A stretch of DNA of 62,645 bases, filler included, from Choristocarpus tenellus KU-1152 (GCA_964200185.2; 12 parts of 12 records of this genome joined end to end with filler, not necessarily neighbours in it); one strand, 5' to 3'. Shown: positions 39,568 to 52,597, counted from the whole stretch's first letter. Notes: generated by a model not told the origin, from the letters alone. A program made the numbers and translations.

Positions 39568-41655
39568 TCAGAGAGTCCTCAACACTGTCTGCCAAGCCAT
39601 GAAACCAACGGTCAAGCCTATAATCCCACATAGGCCAGCCTTGCCGCCAGGTATCTGAGCATTATGAAGGGGATCACTGCTGCGGACTTTCCACGCCATC
39701 ACCGCTGGGGCAAGCCCATAGAGGAGGGGATCAGCGTAAATACCTGAGTATTGAAGCGCACTCAAGAAAGAATCAGGGCACATAATGCTCACCAACGCAG
39801 GAGGTACGAGAACAAGCAGAGCAGAGCCCGCCTTGATCAAGGCTTGGTTCTCAACCACCTTGGAAGGGCTGGTGAGTTGAACGTCACTGGGCATGTGAGG
39901 TGGCCCTAGAGCAAAGCTCTCAATCAGCTGCGTGCACTCCGTCATCAGCGAAATGGCTGCGCCCCAAAATGAGGTCACCAGCGCTGCAAAGCTGAAGGTC
40001 CCAAGCAGAACTCCAAGCTCAGAAACGTCCGCCCCCAAGGATTCTATGGGCGAGAGTGGGGCAGAGGCTACCGCATCCATGGTGCTGCTCACTAAAGAAG
40101 GGTCGGGAGGAACCTCTGCTGCAACATGGCCCAAAATGACTGCATTCCAGAGGATATCTGATAAAACAGATTTAGGATAGTAAATGGGACGAACAAGGAC
40201 CAAGATTAGGTTCATCTTACACACGGTCAACATGTGCACAGCACCTGGCAGGCTGTTTCTTTTCGTAGCACAGATACAAAAGCATGCAGGGGACGCTTTA
40301 ACAAACATGGGAAGCACTCTCATGTCAGGAACATTAGAAGCATTAGAAGAGCGAAAGGAAGCAGTGGTATATTCCGTACAGTCTGTCGGTCATGGTTTAG
40401 GAAAACGCCTAATACGGCAAGCACAGAATATTTGCTAGCAAACACTGCAAAAACACTCACATAGGATTAGAGGCAAGCCGGAGCCCATGGTGATAGCAGC
40501 GCGGATCTTCGTCATGTCGCCTTGCAACTGGTTCGACACGACAGGGACAACGTTTTGAAAAACCAACGCGCAAACAGCTACTGGCAGCATCGACGGCAGA
40601 GTGGTAATGTCCCATGTGGAGCTCAAGGAGCTCACATCAACGTTGGGGAGCCCAATAGCCATGAGGCCAATGAAGGAAGTAACGATTACAGCAACAAGGG
40701 CATTGTTGGCGCCTTCAACTAACTTTGCGGGCCCCCAAAGTGAAGAGCCACCCACAAGCACTGTAAATAGCACCGTGGCCAGGTGCGGCTCAAACAAGGC
40801 TCCAGTCAGATCAGATGATGGCAATGGCATACCGACCAGCATGGTAGACCCCTGGCAAATGTAAGCAACCATTAGAAGGTAATTGGAGACTAAGAAGCCG
40901 GTGCACATTAGGTTGCCCCAAACAGGGCCCATGGTAGCCTCTGCCATTTTCTGGATACTGGTACGGCTATCACCTGAGCACACCTCGGCGATTAGCAACC
41001 CTGTGGCTAGACAGTAGGCCCATACTCCAACCATTGCACCAGAGCTCATCCAGAAGCCTGGAGCTCTTGCGACGGCAGGTAGGGCCAACACACCAGCCCC
41101 AATCATCTGCACATATATAAGCCGGAAGCTCGGTGAGAATTGACACAAGATACAATAGGACTCGCAAATTCCATTTTCGACTCCTCGTCAATACACAGAT
41201 GTATTTCGTGCGTTCTACTCACATTTCCAGCTACCATAGCTGCACTACTGAAGACGCTCCCTTCTCCTTCCTGAGGGGAAAGGTCGACAAGATAAACGAA
41301 GCAAGGGGTTTTCGAATGAGAAATCAACCGCGAATCATCATCTTCCGATGGGGGTCACCCGGCGAAATACTAGTCACGAAGCACTGTGGAGAAGCGGTCG
41401 GCACAAATAGGAGTGACCACCGTGTGGATAAGTGCCTCACACCTTCTTCATATCTTCGTCATCCTCTGCCTCGGCAACCGAGAAGGGGAAGCAACCGGAA
41501 GGTGGGTTCTCGAGTACGGTAGGACTGGACATAGTCTCCATTCGAAACCGTGACTTCGAGCCAAGTCCAATCTTTCCCATGGGGCCTGATGAGCCAAAAA
41601 ACCAACCATAGTGCGGCAGTTGTGCCCCAAGAACAAGCAACAATTGAAATCTCAT
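39568..41655 (-). CDS. Tryptophan/tyrosine permease (TyrP/HAAAP family), apparently complete; exons 41655-41443, 41270-41223, 41106-40461, 40157-39568
   Basis: GSVFSSAAMVAGN|MIGAGVLALP, ALVFQNVVPVV, AITMGSGLPLILY|ILWNAVILG, FSFAALVTSFWG, FLSALQYSGIY, IPGGK; many TM helices; consistent GT-AG phases. Confidence 0.93.
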
Positions 41656-41859
41656 GAGATGCCCTTGTTTCTGTATCTCTGTGATATGTATTTGACCGCG
41701 TTTGATATCGAAGTAGAAACTAGGTTTGTCATTCATTACATATGATTTTCTTTTTTTCAATACTTGGAACTGCAAAGTACATCGTGGTTATGTGATGGTA
41801 GTATCAAACTCAAAACGTCACACAATAATAATGAACTATTCTAAATAAAGATAACTGCT

Positions 41860-42345
41860 GAAAAAAAATGAAGTAAATCGTATATTCGGGCTTCTATTTC
41901 TTGTTTTCTATTATTACTTGTGTCAGAACAGTATAACCACAATACTAAACTTTCCGAAGAGTTCAGAAATTCAAGGTCTGGACGTACAACGCTTTGATGA
42001 TGGTTCCTTTGGACCACAGTGTGAAAGACATCAATCACCTCGTTTGGAATTGCATATCCACCATTCTCGTCTCTCCGGATCACACCAGGTCCACAAATGT
42101 AGAAAATAATATATTGGTCGATTTCGGAATGTTTGTCGCATTAAGAAAACGAAACGTGCTGTTGGAATGGAAAATAAATCCAGCTTCAAATGTTGAAAAA
42201 AAATGTAGTAAATCGTACATTCTCACGTGGAAAAAACGGATATGTCTTGTTTTATCTATTGCTATTAATTCTATTTGGGTCAGAACAGAGTAACTACAAT
42301 GCCAAACTTTATACATAATTCATAGATAATTCAGATCTTCATAGA
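41860..42345. repeat. Diverged direct repeat (about 41860-41980 and 42195-42340)
   Basis: aaaaaatg(a)agtaaatcgta(t/c)attc...gtcagaacag...acaat..(c/t)aaacttt occurs twice. Confidence 0.6.
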
Positions 42346-42448
42346 TACNNNNNNNNNNNNNNNNNNNNNNNNNNNNNNNNNNNNNNNNNNNNTTAATTAA
42401 TTAANNNNNNNNNNNNNNNNNNNNNNNNNNNNNNNNNNNNNNNNNNNN

Positions 42449-42481
42449 AACCACCCCCCCCCCCCCAAGATACTTTGACCC
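42449..42481. mobile_element. MITE family C terminus at contig start
   Basis: aaccacccccc...agatactttgaccc, as at 18920-18949. Confidence 0.75.
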
Positions 42482-42510
42482 GTTATTAGCCACAGAAAAT
42501 GCCTCCATTT

Positions 42511-42910
42511 CTACCTTCGACATGTTTTCAAGCTCACCAGACAACTACCTCTTCCTCGCCCCTGTGTGCTCCACACTGAAGTCATTCCCTCCTTTGTATC
42601 TAAGTACTTGATTGTATACCACAAAAGGAGGTGCCAAGCCCTCTCAAGTGTGGTTTCATCATACTCCTCATACTGTTTCTTAATGACCTTCACCATCTCC
42701 TCGACAGACCCAAACCGCTCCCCCACCACCCAGCATTCCAAAGACCTGAAGATGCACAGGTCGATGATATTGAGGCCGGGGGAGTTAGATGGCTGCATCA
42801 CAAGCCTAATCGACCACCCTTCAGTCTTCCCCGCCTCTGACAAGATTTCTGAGTTGTCCTTGCCCGTGTGGGGGGGTGGCACCGTCTTGCCAAATGACAA
42901 CATGCTTCCC
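42511..42910 (-). mobile_element. Mariner (PlantMar-related) transposase remnant, C-terminal catalytic part
   Basis: WQDGATP/HTGK...GWSIRLVMQPSNSPGLNIIDLCIFRSLE (one-base frameshift). Confidence 0.85.
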
Positions 42911-43721
42911 TCTCGTAAGGTCAGATTCTGGTTTGTTCTGGCAAGTTTGTGCAATGAACAAGCGGTGTCGATTTCGGTAGTTCTTACATTGTGCTCATTA
43001 TTCACAGATCCTTCTATGCTCGATGCCTGTTCCTGAATGCCGATCCAAGTAGCTCAAGGTCTTGGGTACAAGTGCAGTGGTGGGAATCAGGTGTGTAGTG
43101 TGAGAGTCTGCCTTTTCAAGTAGTCCAAGGAGTTGAACAGCAGGGTTTAATGGTTATAGACTGAGAGGTTCAGTGAGAAGAAAACTCAGGTCAACTATTT
43201 GAAAGGAATTTTCCCGGATATGTGTTAAAACATAGGCTACTCATTTGTTTCTTCTTCATACGATACTGTGCCACCAGTTCATACAGACGTTGGTCCGCTG
43301 TACTAGTCGATACTTTCCACTTGCATCACTAGCTCATCATCACAACACCATCAACTATCTTCAGAACACCGCAGTACATACAAAGCATCAGAGCAGTCGC
43401 TACCCATCACACACACAGGCATAGTATGTGTCGCTTGAGGTGCATCAGACATTGATTCAACTTTGTTGTGTTGATTCTTTTTTTTTTGTTTTTCCCTTCT
43501 TCTCAACAGCAGAAGTCTCCAGTTGTATGTCAGTTGTTTATTATTTTTCTTGGTTGCCATTGCCCCCTCGTAAGACACCAAGCTCACTCTGCGTTAAGTG
43601 TACCTGATACACACCTGGATGCCATACATTCAGAGTTAAAACATCCACAGAAACCCTTGTCCGCCAAGGTAACAAGTCTCTTCTTAGAGCATGCAATTTC
43701 TTCCTTTGAGTGTACCAAGGA

Positions 43722-43902
43722 GACCCAAAGTATCTGGGGGAGGGGGGGGGGGTCTGCACCAGAGTGTCCATTTGGACCAAAACCAGGAGAAGTGCACTTT
43801 CATTATTCACCCAACGTATGGAACCAAATCACCAAAAAATCGTAACATGAAAAAATTGACCCCAAATGGACAGCTGCCACCCCCCCCCAGATACTTTGAT
43901 CC
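43722..43902 (+). mobile_element. MITE family A, full length, TSD AGGA
   Basis: agga|gacccaaagtatctgggg...cccagatactttgatcc|agga. Confidence 0.93.
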
Positions 43903-45804
43903 AGGAAGAACATCGAATACACATCATCCATCTTCTGACCGAGCAAGCCATGACTTCAGTTGCAACAGAATAAATTCACCAGTGCGTTGCAGCACCATGA
44001 CACCCCTTCATCACAAACCAGCCATTACACACGAAACCACGCTTCATTCGATTCAGGTTTCAACAGTATGTTCCTTATACACCTGTTTGTTGTCGCCGAT
44101 TTGTATGGTCAATTTGATATGATATTCTAAGTGAATCTAGCCACAAGAAAGTAGTAGCTTCGTGTATCTGTCTACATTTTTGTGTTTATCATGGGAACTC
44201 CTCCAGATCTCTATCTTGCTAACTTGTCCGAGAGTTAAGGTTTGGACACACCAGTATTTTTTGTCACCCTGTCAAGGAGCACTGCTGATGCTCTAGGTTC
44301 AGAGTAATTGTAATTGCTACTGCAGAAGAGACCAGATATGTCACATCAACACGAAAACAAAAATGAGACTGTTCTAAGGACTCAAGGAAACATTGTACCG
44401 TGGAGGCAGAGTTCTTGCTACTGTCTGCCTTGGTGAGGGTGTCGTGGTGTCTCAATACGTCAACAAATCAAAAGTCACAACTCCCCAGTTTTCTCTATTC
44501 CCCCCTACTCCCCAAGTGACTATCTCATTCCTATTTTTCCCATTTAGACCTATGTTACTGGCAAATCTTATTCCATCTTGTATGACACCATCCGTGTGTA
44601 CAAGTACCCTGTAGGAGGCCAAGAAAGTGGCCAGTCTCTTGTTCAAACCCCCAACTTGCGAAATTTTGTTGACGGCATTTTGGTGGTGGCGCGCAGTGCC
44701 TTGATACTCTTAGAAGAAGAAAAGGCTCGTCCTTCAAGTCCTTCTACCACACATGCAATTGCAGTGTCTTCTACTACCTTCTGTCCAGAGTATGCATTTC
44801 GATCCACCTCCTAGGACTGTCCCGTCCAACCATCAGTAGAGTTTACTGAGGCTTCACCTCATCGTAGATAGATGTATGTGTCCATCTGATATGTGAAAAC
44901 TCAGTGTTTCATCTTCCACATAAAACGGGTGAGCTCGGGGGAGTACGGTGGATATATTTTTCACACCTTGGTGAAGCACTGTATCTGTATGTGGGTCTCA
45001 TTAGCCGACAAAATTAGGAAAAAGAGCATCACAACGAAAAGCAGCGTGTTGGTCCCCAAAATAGGGGCTGTTGTCAACATGTTGATGGGAATTCGTGGAG
45101 GAACTTTGATTTCTTGTTATGGGCAAGCCCGTAGACTCAACCTCTCCCATCTATACAACCACTAGCCATGGGTAAGAGTTAGATCTAAGACTGACTGCAG
45201 TGACAGTTACATGGTACACACACAAACTGGAGCGAGCTAAGAGCAAACGAAAGGTACCCAGAGTTTCATTTGAAGTATGCTGACAATAATGTGGAACATT
45301 CAGTTCTTGTTGCAAATGCTTACAGGAACGTTTCTGAATTCTGTCCAAAAGTCTCAAACAACAGAGAAATCAACCCTCTCAAGTCAAACTTAGCAAGCCA
45401 TCGATAGAAATATGGGTGAATTACGAAAGATTGAAAACTGTCTATAAATTCAAAACGGTCAAAACCTGGGTACCTCTCCTTTACTTTGACTTAGTACATA
45501 CATAACACAAACAGGCAGGTAGGTATACTCTCCGCTCAGTTTTCCGCACTTGTTCCATGGAAGTAGCGCAAATTGGAAATTATAGCAGAGTGCATACATC
45601 CCGCATATGAAGAAATATTTTATTCAAAAATTTACGATCGCCTTTTTTTTATTGTTCTTTGATTTTAACGGTTCACAGCACTGCCAAAATAACTTGTTTC
45701 CACCAGCACATGATCAGGGGTGGTCGCTGCATAGCACAAGGTCGACAATCATCCCTCAGGACTCGAGTACGGCATTCAAAGTGTGGATCTGTTGTATCTC
45801 GATG

Positions 45805-45991
45805 GACCCAAAGGATCTGGGGCGGGGGGGGGGGGGGGGGGGCCACCCCAAAAGGGCCATTTGGACCAAAACCAGGAAAAGTGCACTTTCATTATCCATC
45901 CAACGTATGGAACCAAATCACCAAAACGTCACGACATGAAAAAATTGGCCCCAAATAGACAGCCGCCACCTCACCCCAGATACTTTGATCC
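45805..45991 (+). mobile_element. MITE family A, full length
   Basis: atg|gacccaaaggatctgggg...cccagatactttgatcc|atg. Confidence 0.9.
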
Positions 45992-46692
45992 ATGATTCAA
46001 AAGCTTGCTTCGCTTGGAGAAAAACCAGTTGAGTTGAGGTTTTACCTAGTGCTCATTCAGCTTTGATTGCCTGACTAAGGAGTGCCGCACCTTCCATCAC
46101 CTCCCACGCCTCTGAGTCTATCTAGGTGATTCTTTCCCGTCTCTCAGTGGACACCAGTCGCTTTTCTTGTTTCCTCGGCGTAAGGGACATACCCTCAGAT
46201 TAGAAATTATTACGAAGACATTTCAACTTCAGAATATCCCAAAGCAAACACAAGTACTCCTCCTGGAGAAGCTCAGGATTAAACAACAATTGTGCTTCAA
46301 CAGAACCACTGCAATGACCAACTGGTAGAACACACTAAACACGCTCTGTACCTACTTCCAAAGGGTTCACACAAACAGACGTACGGCTTACCGAGATCCG
46401 AGGTTGAGACGATTTACACTACCACCTGTTCTGCAGAAGAGAGAAACCACCGTTCTCAAAACTAACTAGTACACAGGCTTCAGAGCACACAGACAAGCTC
46501 TACATCGCATACACCAATTAGGTGACACTTATTTTTCATCCCTATACTGCGCCAGGCAAAGAAAAGCCATCGTGCATACTCCGTTCATCCAAGTAAATGT
46601 TATAAACGCCCCTCCAACACCCAAAAATTAACGATACAAAAAACTACATATGTACGTGACAGGAGGTACCGCGCCTAGTCTTTGCAGAGTAC

Positions 46693-46761
46693 CTTACGAT
46701 CAATGAAGCTCCGCACAGCATCTACCACCGCCAGGTGCTGTTCTTGTTCTGTTATTGTCGC
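46693..46761 (-). CDS. Candidate exon of an unidentified gene
   Basis: tccacag|ATITEQEQHLAVVDAVRSFIDRK|gtactc; 69 nt, phase 0-0. Confidence 0.4.
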
Positions 46762-48719
46762 CTGTGGATTGAAAGAAACCAAGGAGGAGCCAATGGGCAA
46801 AGGGGTTGTAACGTTTACGTTACGTGACGGGACAAAAAAAGAAGAAGATAAAAGAACGATTTTACCAACTGCAGCAATAATAATAATATAATAGCACTGT
46901 AATAAATAACGAAGTGTGTAGTGTGTCACGTAAGGCAATGCCACAGTTTTACCTCTAGCACCTTCCACGGCCGTATGTGCGCTTTTAGGGTTAGGGCTAG
47001 TGTGTTTACACAGAAAACCGAAAAAAAAAGGGGCATAAAAAAAACGTGTGGGAAGCCAAAAGCCCTGAACGAACAACAAGGGCAAAACTCCTACCCTCTC
47101 TCCAATACCTCGGGTTCCAGAGACCAAAAACCAGATCGAGACCTCACTTCATGTGCAACCACAGCACAGGCAGTAAAAATTAAATAAATGAATCACCAGC
47201 ATCATACATTGGCCTCACACACTCCAGCAGATGGACTGAATGAACGGAGGAAGGATATCAAACCCTGAGTGGAAAGACTCTGTTGGAGGTCACAGTCTCA
47301 GGGTTAAGTGTTCAGATAATCACTGTAACAGCAGTGTTAATTAAGAATTTTGGTAACAAATATACATACAACAGTTCCAACGAAAAATTAAATAAATACA
47401 AAATATTATTTTCAGCATGAATGATTGAAAATAGTCAAGGAATGTTTGTTTTATTATGAAACTCTTTTCTAGTTCAAAAGTGATTGTTGACAAATATGCT
47501 ATAAAAACCTACTAAATATATCAAGTTAAATCTTTGAGAATTAATAGCATGAATTAATATAACATTGCCTAATGGGTCAACAAAAAAATAAATAAATAAA
47601 AATAATGGATTGCGATGTAGCTTCTCTTATTTCAAATCATCGGCTAAGCAAGTCCGCAATGGTTGTAGAAATAAATAGAGAACTCAAAAGATCTATCAGA
47701 ACCAATTATTACTGATTGTGATTTAAAAGTTCTAATTAATACGGATCCAAAGGTTTTAGAGGTAGTAAGGCATGGCGATGCAGACATTGTTGCAGAAGCG
47801 GTAAAAGGGCTTTTTTTTTGTATTCAAGTGACTATAGGTCCTATAATCGAAGATGGTTTTTAGTATGATTTTTTTTATTAAATACCCCATTCACATCTTC
47901 AGATCTTAAAAAAAAAAAAGATAGAAGAGAAAATGCATCATAAAGTTAAGCGTAATGAAAATTGATGATGGAATCTGAAGCAGGTCGCAATCAAGCCATT
48001 AAAATATCTAAAGGCATGGACGAGCATTATAAAGTTAAAAATTATAGAGGCGATCACTGAAGATGAAACAATCACAATATATATATATATATATATTATT
48101 ATTATGCCCTCTGACATTTTGCAGACGTGTCAAGGGAGAAACCAATCTAAACTATACATGCGTATACATGTTATTAGCCTGAAAGAAATAAAATATCCTA
48201 AACATAAGAACACTATAAAATATTTAAGCGTGGATTCAATTACTTCACTACTATCAAATGTTGTACTACTGTCTTCCTTATCTTCCCATCGACCTACTCC
48301 TGTGCCCCGGGGGGGGGGAGCTAAGGAAGCATCCCACACACACACACACACACAGACACACACACACATATATATATATATCGTCAGGTTGATTGTATCA
48401 TTTGCCACTAATTACTGCGCCCAATACTTCGTATCCGGTACTCCATTTTTTTTTTCTATTTTAGTAGAATTTTTTTTTTTTAAAGGAACAATTTAGTTCC
48501 TATTTAAAACAGTCAGTACACATTGTCCTCGGTCCATCCTACACACGCACGTATACCAAACCTTCAACCTCCGCAGGATTAGGTAATTATGGCGTTACTA
48601 AAACTTGCATGTTTCTTCAATTTGCTTTTATAATTAAGGATCAGTAATTTATTACTACCATAGGGTATTCAATTTGCTTTGATCATTTCCAACTCTTCAC
48701 GTGGGTATTGCCATTGCTT

Positions 48720-48989
48720 TTATAAAGCTTCCATTTCAATAGCAACAATTGCATTTCGAACAGGCCATTCCTGAGTTAAGCATTTAAGGGATTTTCCAGT
48801 ATAATTATTGTAGTAAGTTGCATCCATGAAAATAAGATCACATTTCGATGTTGCTTGAATGAGTTTCACTGCATCCATTAGCAATTTTGTAGTCTGCTTT
48901 TCTTCACCTATTGCGTAATTTCTTTGATCTAACACCATACTTTTCACATAGCAAAAAGTTTCATTCCAAGTTTGAGGTCTAAGCATCAT
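48720..48989 (-). mobile_element. Possible MULE transposase remnant
   Basis: LIFMDATYYNNY resembles the MULE D.TY..N.Y motif; AT-rich decayed flanks. Confidence 0.3.
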
Positions 48990-49499
48990 CCACGGTCAAA
49001 ACGCCTGTCCAAGGCTCACACTCGACCATATTTCCCAAAAAGCGATCACAATTCGATTTAAACACACACACACACACACACACACACAACACACACACAA
49101 CACACACACACACAACACATGATCCTAATACGACCCACTCCTAACTGCACTATTCTCACACCAAGTATTTAGCCCATCTTTCCAAAATATATATTTTTTA
49201 AAAGGCTCATTTTAAAATTCCCGTTTACTAGATTTTGGCATGAAAAAAAAAACTGTCTGATAGAAACAGCCACGATCAGCTCGTCAATATGGGACCTTAC
49301 AATTTTCCAACAATCTTTTTACTGCTTGTTACAGAGCCTAGTCCTACACTCTTTTCCCTGACTGTATGGAAGGATCAGCAGATCACCATGTCAGCTGGAA
49401 AATTTTCAAAGGTAAGCTTCCATTGAGTGCTGAAGAAGTACCCACCATCCCCAACCTTGATACATAAACAAGTTTTTGACACTAGGGTCAGGGGTCAAT

Positions 49500-49688
49500 G
49501 ACGCAAAGTACCTGGGGGGGGGGGGGGGTCTAAACCAGGGTGTCCATTTGGGGCCAAAATCAGGAAAAGTGCATTTGCATTATCCATCCGACGACCTATG
49601 CAACCAAATCACCCAAAAATCGCGACATGAAAAATTTCACCCCAAATGGACAGCCACCGCCCCCCCGCCCCCCCAGGTACTTCGAGCC
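49500..49688 (+). mobile_element. MITE family A, full length, TSD not recognisable
   Basis: gacgcaaagtacctgggg...cccaggtacttcgagcc. Confidence 0.88.
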
Positions 49689-49699
49689 GATTGCTAAAA

Positions 49700-50191
49700 C
49701 ACATCTAACACTCGTGTCCATTTCGTTACACATCTTCTACCCACACAACACTCAACACAGTTTTCTCCATAACACATGCTGTCCATATAACACTCAACAC
49801 GGTTCGCTCTATGAAACTTGTTGATATAACGCTCAACATGGTTCGCTTTATGACATCTGTTGTTGGTACAACACTCAACACGATCCACTCTGTAACATCC
49901 ATTGCATGTAACATACTTGACACATTTTGCTCTATGACATCCGTTCTTGACATAACACTCAACACTATTCGCTCTACAGCATCTGTTCTTCATATAATGC
50001 TCAACGTCATTCGGTCTATAACATCCACTGTCTATATAACGCTCAACATGATTTTCTCGATAACATCCGTTGTTGATATAACACTCAACATCACCGGCTC
50101 TGTAACATCCATTGCCTACATAACGCTCAAAAAAATTTGCTCCATAACATCCTTTGTCCATATAAAGCTCAACAAAATTTGCTCTATATAA
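49700..50191. repeat. Degenerate 42-bp tandem array, about 11-12 units
   Basis: ataacRctcaaca anchor at 49745, 49787, 49826, 49868, about 49910, 49952, 49994, 50036, 50078, 50120, 50162. Confidence 0.9.
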
Positions 50192-50500
50192 GACTCCTCC
50201 TCGTGAACAACGCCTCCAGCCATTAGCTGCTCAATTCTCACCAAAAATTTTACACGCAGTTCGATCTTTGTCTAACAGTGTTTAGAGGTTGCAAAATAAA
50301 ACAAAAAAACAGAGCTTCGACAAACAGAAAATTATGTACATAATTTTTTTTTTTTAAACACAATATTGAAAAAAAACAAAAAAACACCCGTAGCCAAGCA
50401 AAACAGTCAGAGACGCTTGTCTTTTGACGTCCAACAATCTTGGGCAACACGCAACACTTGGGGGGTCCATTTGGTTTGATTGTGGCTTCCATTATCCAGC

Positions 50501-50823
50501 AAAAAAGGCTTGTTGTGTATTGTTGTGTACGACACCAAGATGTAAGACATCGTGTTATGGGAGTGTTATGGAGTGTTGTGTTGTCCTCGGTGTGGTACAG
50601 TGCCAATACAAACATGTAGGTACGCTATTCGAGGTGACCTTCCCAGGGCTTAACCGTCAGCACTTGAAACAAAAGGGTTGTCATGTACAACACCAAGATG
50701 TAAGACATTGTGTTATGGGAGTGTTATGGAGTGTTGCATCGTCCTTGGTGTGATACACTGCTGATACAAGCATATAGGCACACCATCGGAGGCGACTTTG
50801 CCAGGGCTCATAACCGTCGACAC
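50501..50823. repeat. Tandem duplication, period about 158 bp, 2 copies
   Basis: acaccaagatgtaagacat.gtgttatgggagtgttatggagtgttg at 50532 and 50690. Confidence 0.9.
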
Positions 50824-51054
50824 AACCATCCGTAGTGTTGAATGGTTAGGGTTAGGGAAGATATGACGTCTCAAGACATGAATGATACCGCAGAAAAAGA
50901 TGTATCTCGATGCATCGTAATGGGAGCTTACCTACGGTTCTCATCCCCCACTCCNNNNNNNNNNNNNNNNNNNNNNNNNNNNNNNNNNNNNNNNNNNNTT
51001 AATTAATTAANNNNNNNNNNNNNNNNNNNNNNNNNNNNNNNNNNNNNNNNNNNN

Positions 51055-51371
51055 TATTTCCTACCAGAGTGTGAATGTTGGGTATATAGTGTTAGGGTTA
51101 GGGTATTTCCTACCAGAGTGTGAATGTTGGGTATATAGTGTTAGGGTTAGGGTATTTCCTATCAGAGTGTGAATGTTGGGTATATAGTGTTAGGGTTAGG
51201 ATATTTCCTACCAGAGTGTGAATGTTGGGTATATAGTGTTAGGGTTAGGGTATTTCCTACCAGAGTGTGAATGTTGGGTATATAGTGTTAGGGTTAGGAT
51301 ATTTCCTATCAGAGTGTGAATGTTGGGTATATAGTGTTAGGGTTAGGGTATTTCCTACCAGAGTGTGAATG
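51055..51371. repeat. 49-bp tandem satellite containing (TTAGGG)2, about 6.4 copies, runs into gap
   Basis: Unit tatttcctaccagagtgtgaatgttgggtatatagtgttagggttaggg. Confidence 0.95.
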
Positions 51372-52597
51372 GAACCGCCCTCGGTGCATGGGAAGCTGTT
51401 GATGTTGTTGGTTGTCATGAGTAGAGATCACGTCCTTTTAGTTTTGGTGAGGGGCTCTTCTCTTTTCATGCACCGGAAAAGAAACCAAGGTCATTTTTGT
51501 GGATGGGGTTAAGGGGGAGGGGGGGGGAGGGTGTGTTCTTTTTTTGTTTGTTAGATGATTTTGTATGGTACTAGTCTTTGGTGGTATCACTACTGTAAAA
51601 TGTGTGTATGTGTTTGTGTGCAGGGCGATCTATTGATAGATTTTTTTTTCTTTTATGCTGTGTTTCTTCTTTTTTGTACTAATGTGGTGTACGATATTAC
51701 TACATGATATTGCCACCAATGTAAAACAAAAAATGCATTTATTTGGAGAGAGAGACTTGTTTTTCGGGTTACTACATGATCGTAGACAGCTTGCTAATTT
51801 TGTAGGCTAGGTATGGCATTCATGTCCGGGTGTCTTGTGGGTGTATGTGCTGCAGGTAGAGTAAGCATGGCTTGGCAGCTATTTCTGACCCTTTTTGTTA
51901 GTCTTATCACATTTTGAATGCCCTGGGACTGTAATTGATGGTGCTGTAGCGCCCAGTAGCTGGCAACTGCTGTCCTACTTTTCCCAGTACTAGTTTTCGA
52001 CAGTACTTTGTATTGGCTGTGTATGCCTTCCAATAACACACGCACACGCACACACACACACACACACATTATCTGTTTTTTTCTAAGGTTGACACTTTTT
52101 TCGAAACGAATATTTGATTCTCTCATGATCTCGTCAAATTCACTTTTTTTTTGTTTTGCAGTGATCGTCGCCCTCATTCACCCTCTATTTACATTCTAAT
52201 TTTTGTTTTGTTTTGAAGATTTTCTGTGGCAGTTCCTTCTTTTTTCAAACTATTATTATTATTATTATTTCATTAAAACCGAACGCTCTTGTCACGCTCC
52301 TGTCACAATCCCCCCTTTTTATCCGCCAATGCTTCCCATCCGGGTTTCAAGGGGAGGTCACCCAGTGCGGACGCTCCCCCCCTGCGACCCCCAATCACAA
52401 CACTGCTCCTTGTCACGTTCGTGGCGATTTCACTCTCAGGAAGCATGTACTCTTCTTTCTTTCTTTTTTTGGAACGATTTTTTTTTTTTTGGGGGGGGGA
52501 GGGAGAGGGGGGGTCTTTCTTTTAAGCAATGACATTTTTTTTCTAATTATACAGCAATTTTTTTTTTTCTTCTTTTTCTTTTTCTTCTTTTTTCAAG

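Noticed and set aside
43691-44122. Recurrent ORFs containing QNQEKC...TPNGQPPPPPRYF (also 43, 6505, 45783, 49540)
   Set aside because: Chance translations of MITE family A; frames differ between copies
44300-44814. Candidate plus-strand exons (TYVTGKSYSILYDTIRVYKY...)
   Set aside because: No recognisable family; could be a host exon or a transposon relic
49700-51371. CRISPR-like reading of the 42-bp and 49-bp arrays
   Set aside because: No unique spacers of 25 bp or more, no cas genes, eukaryotic context
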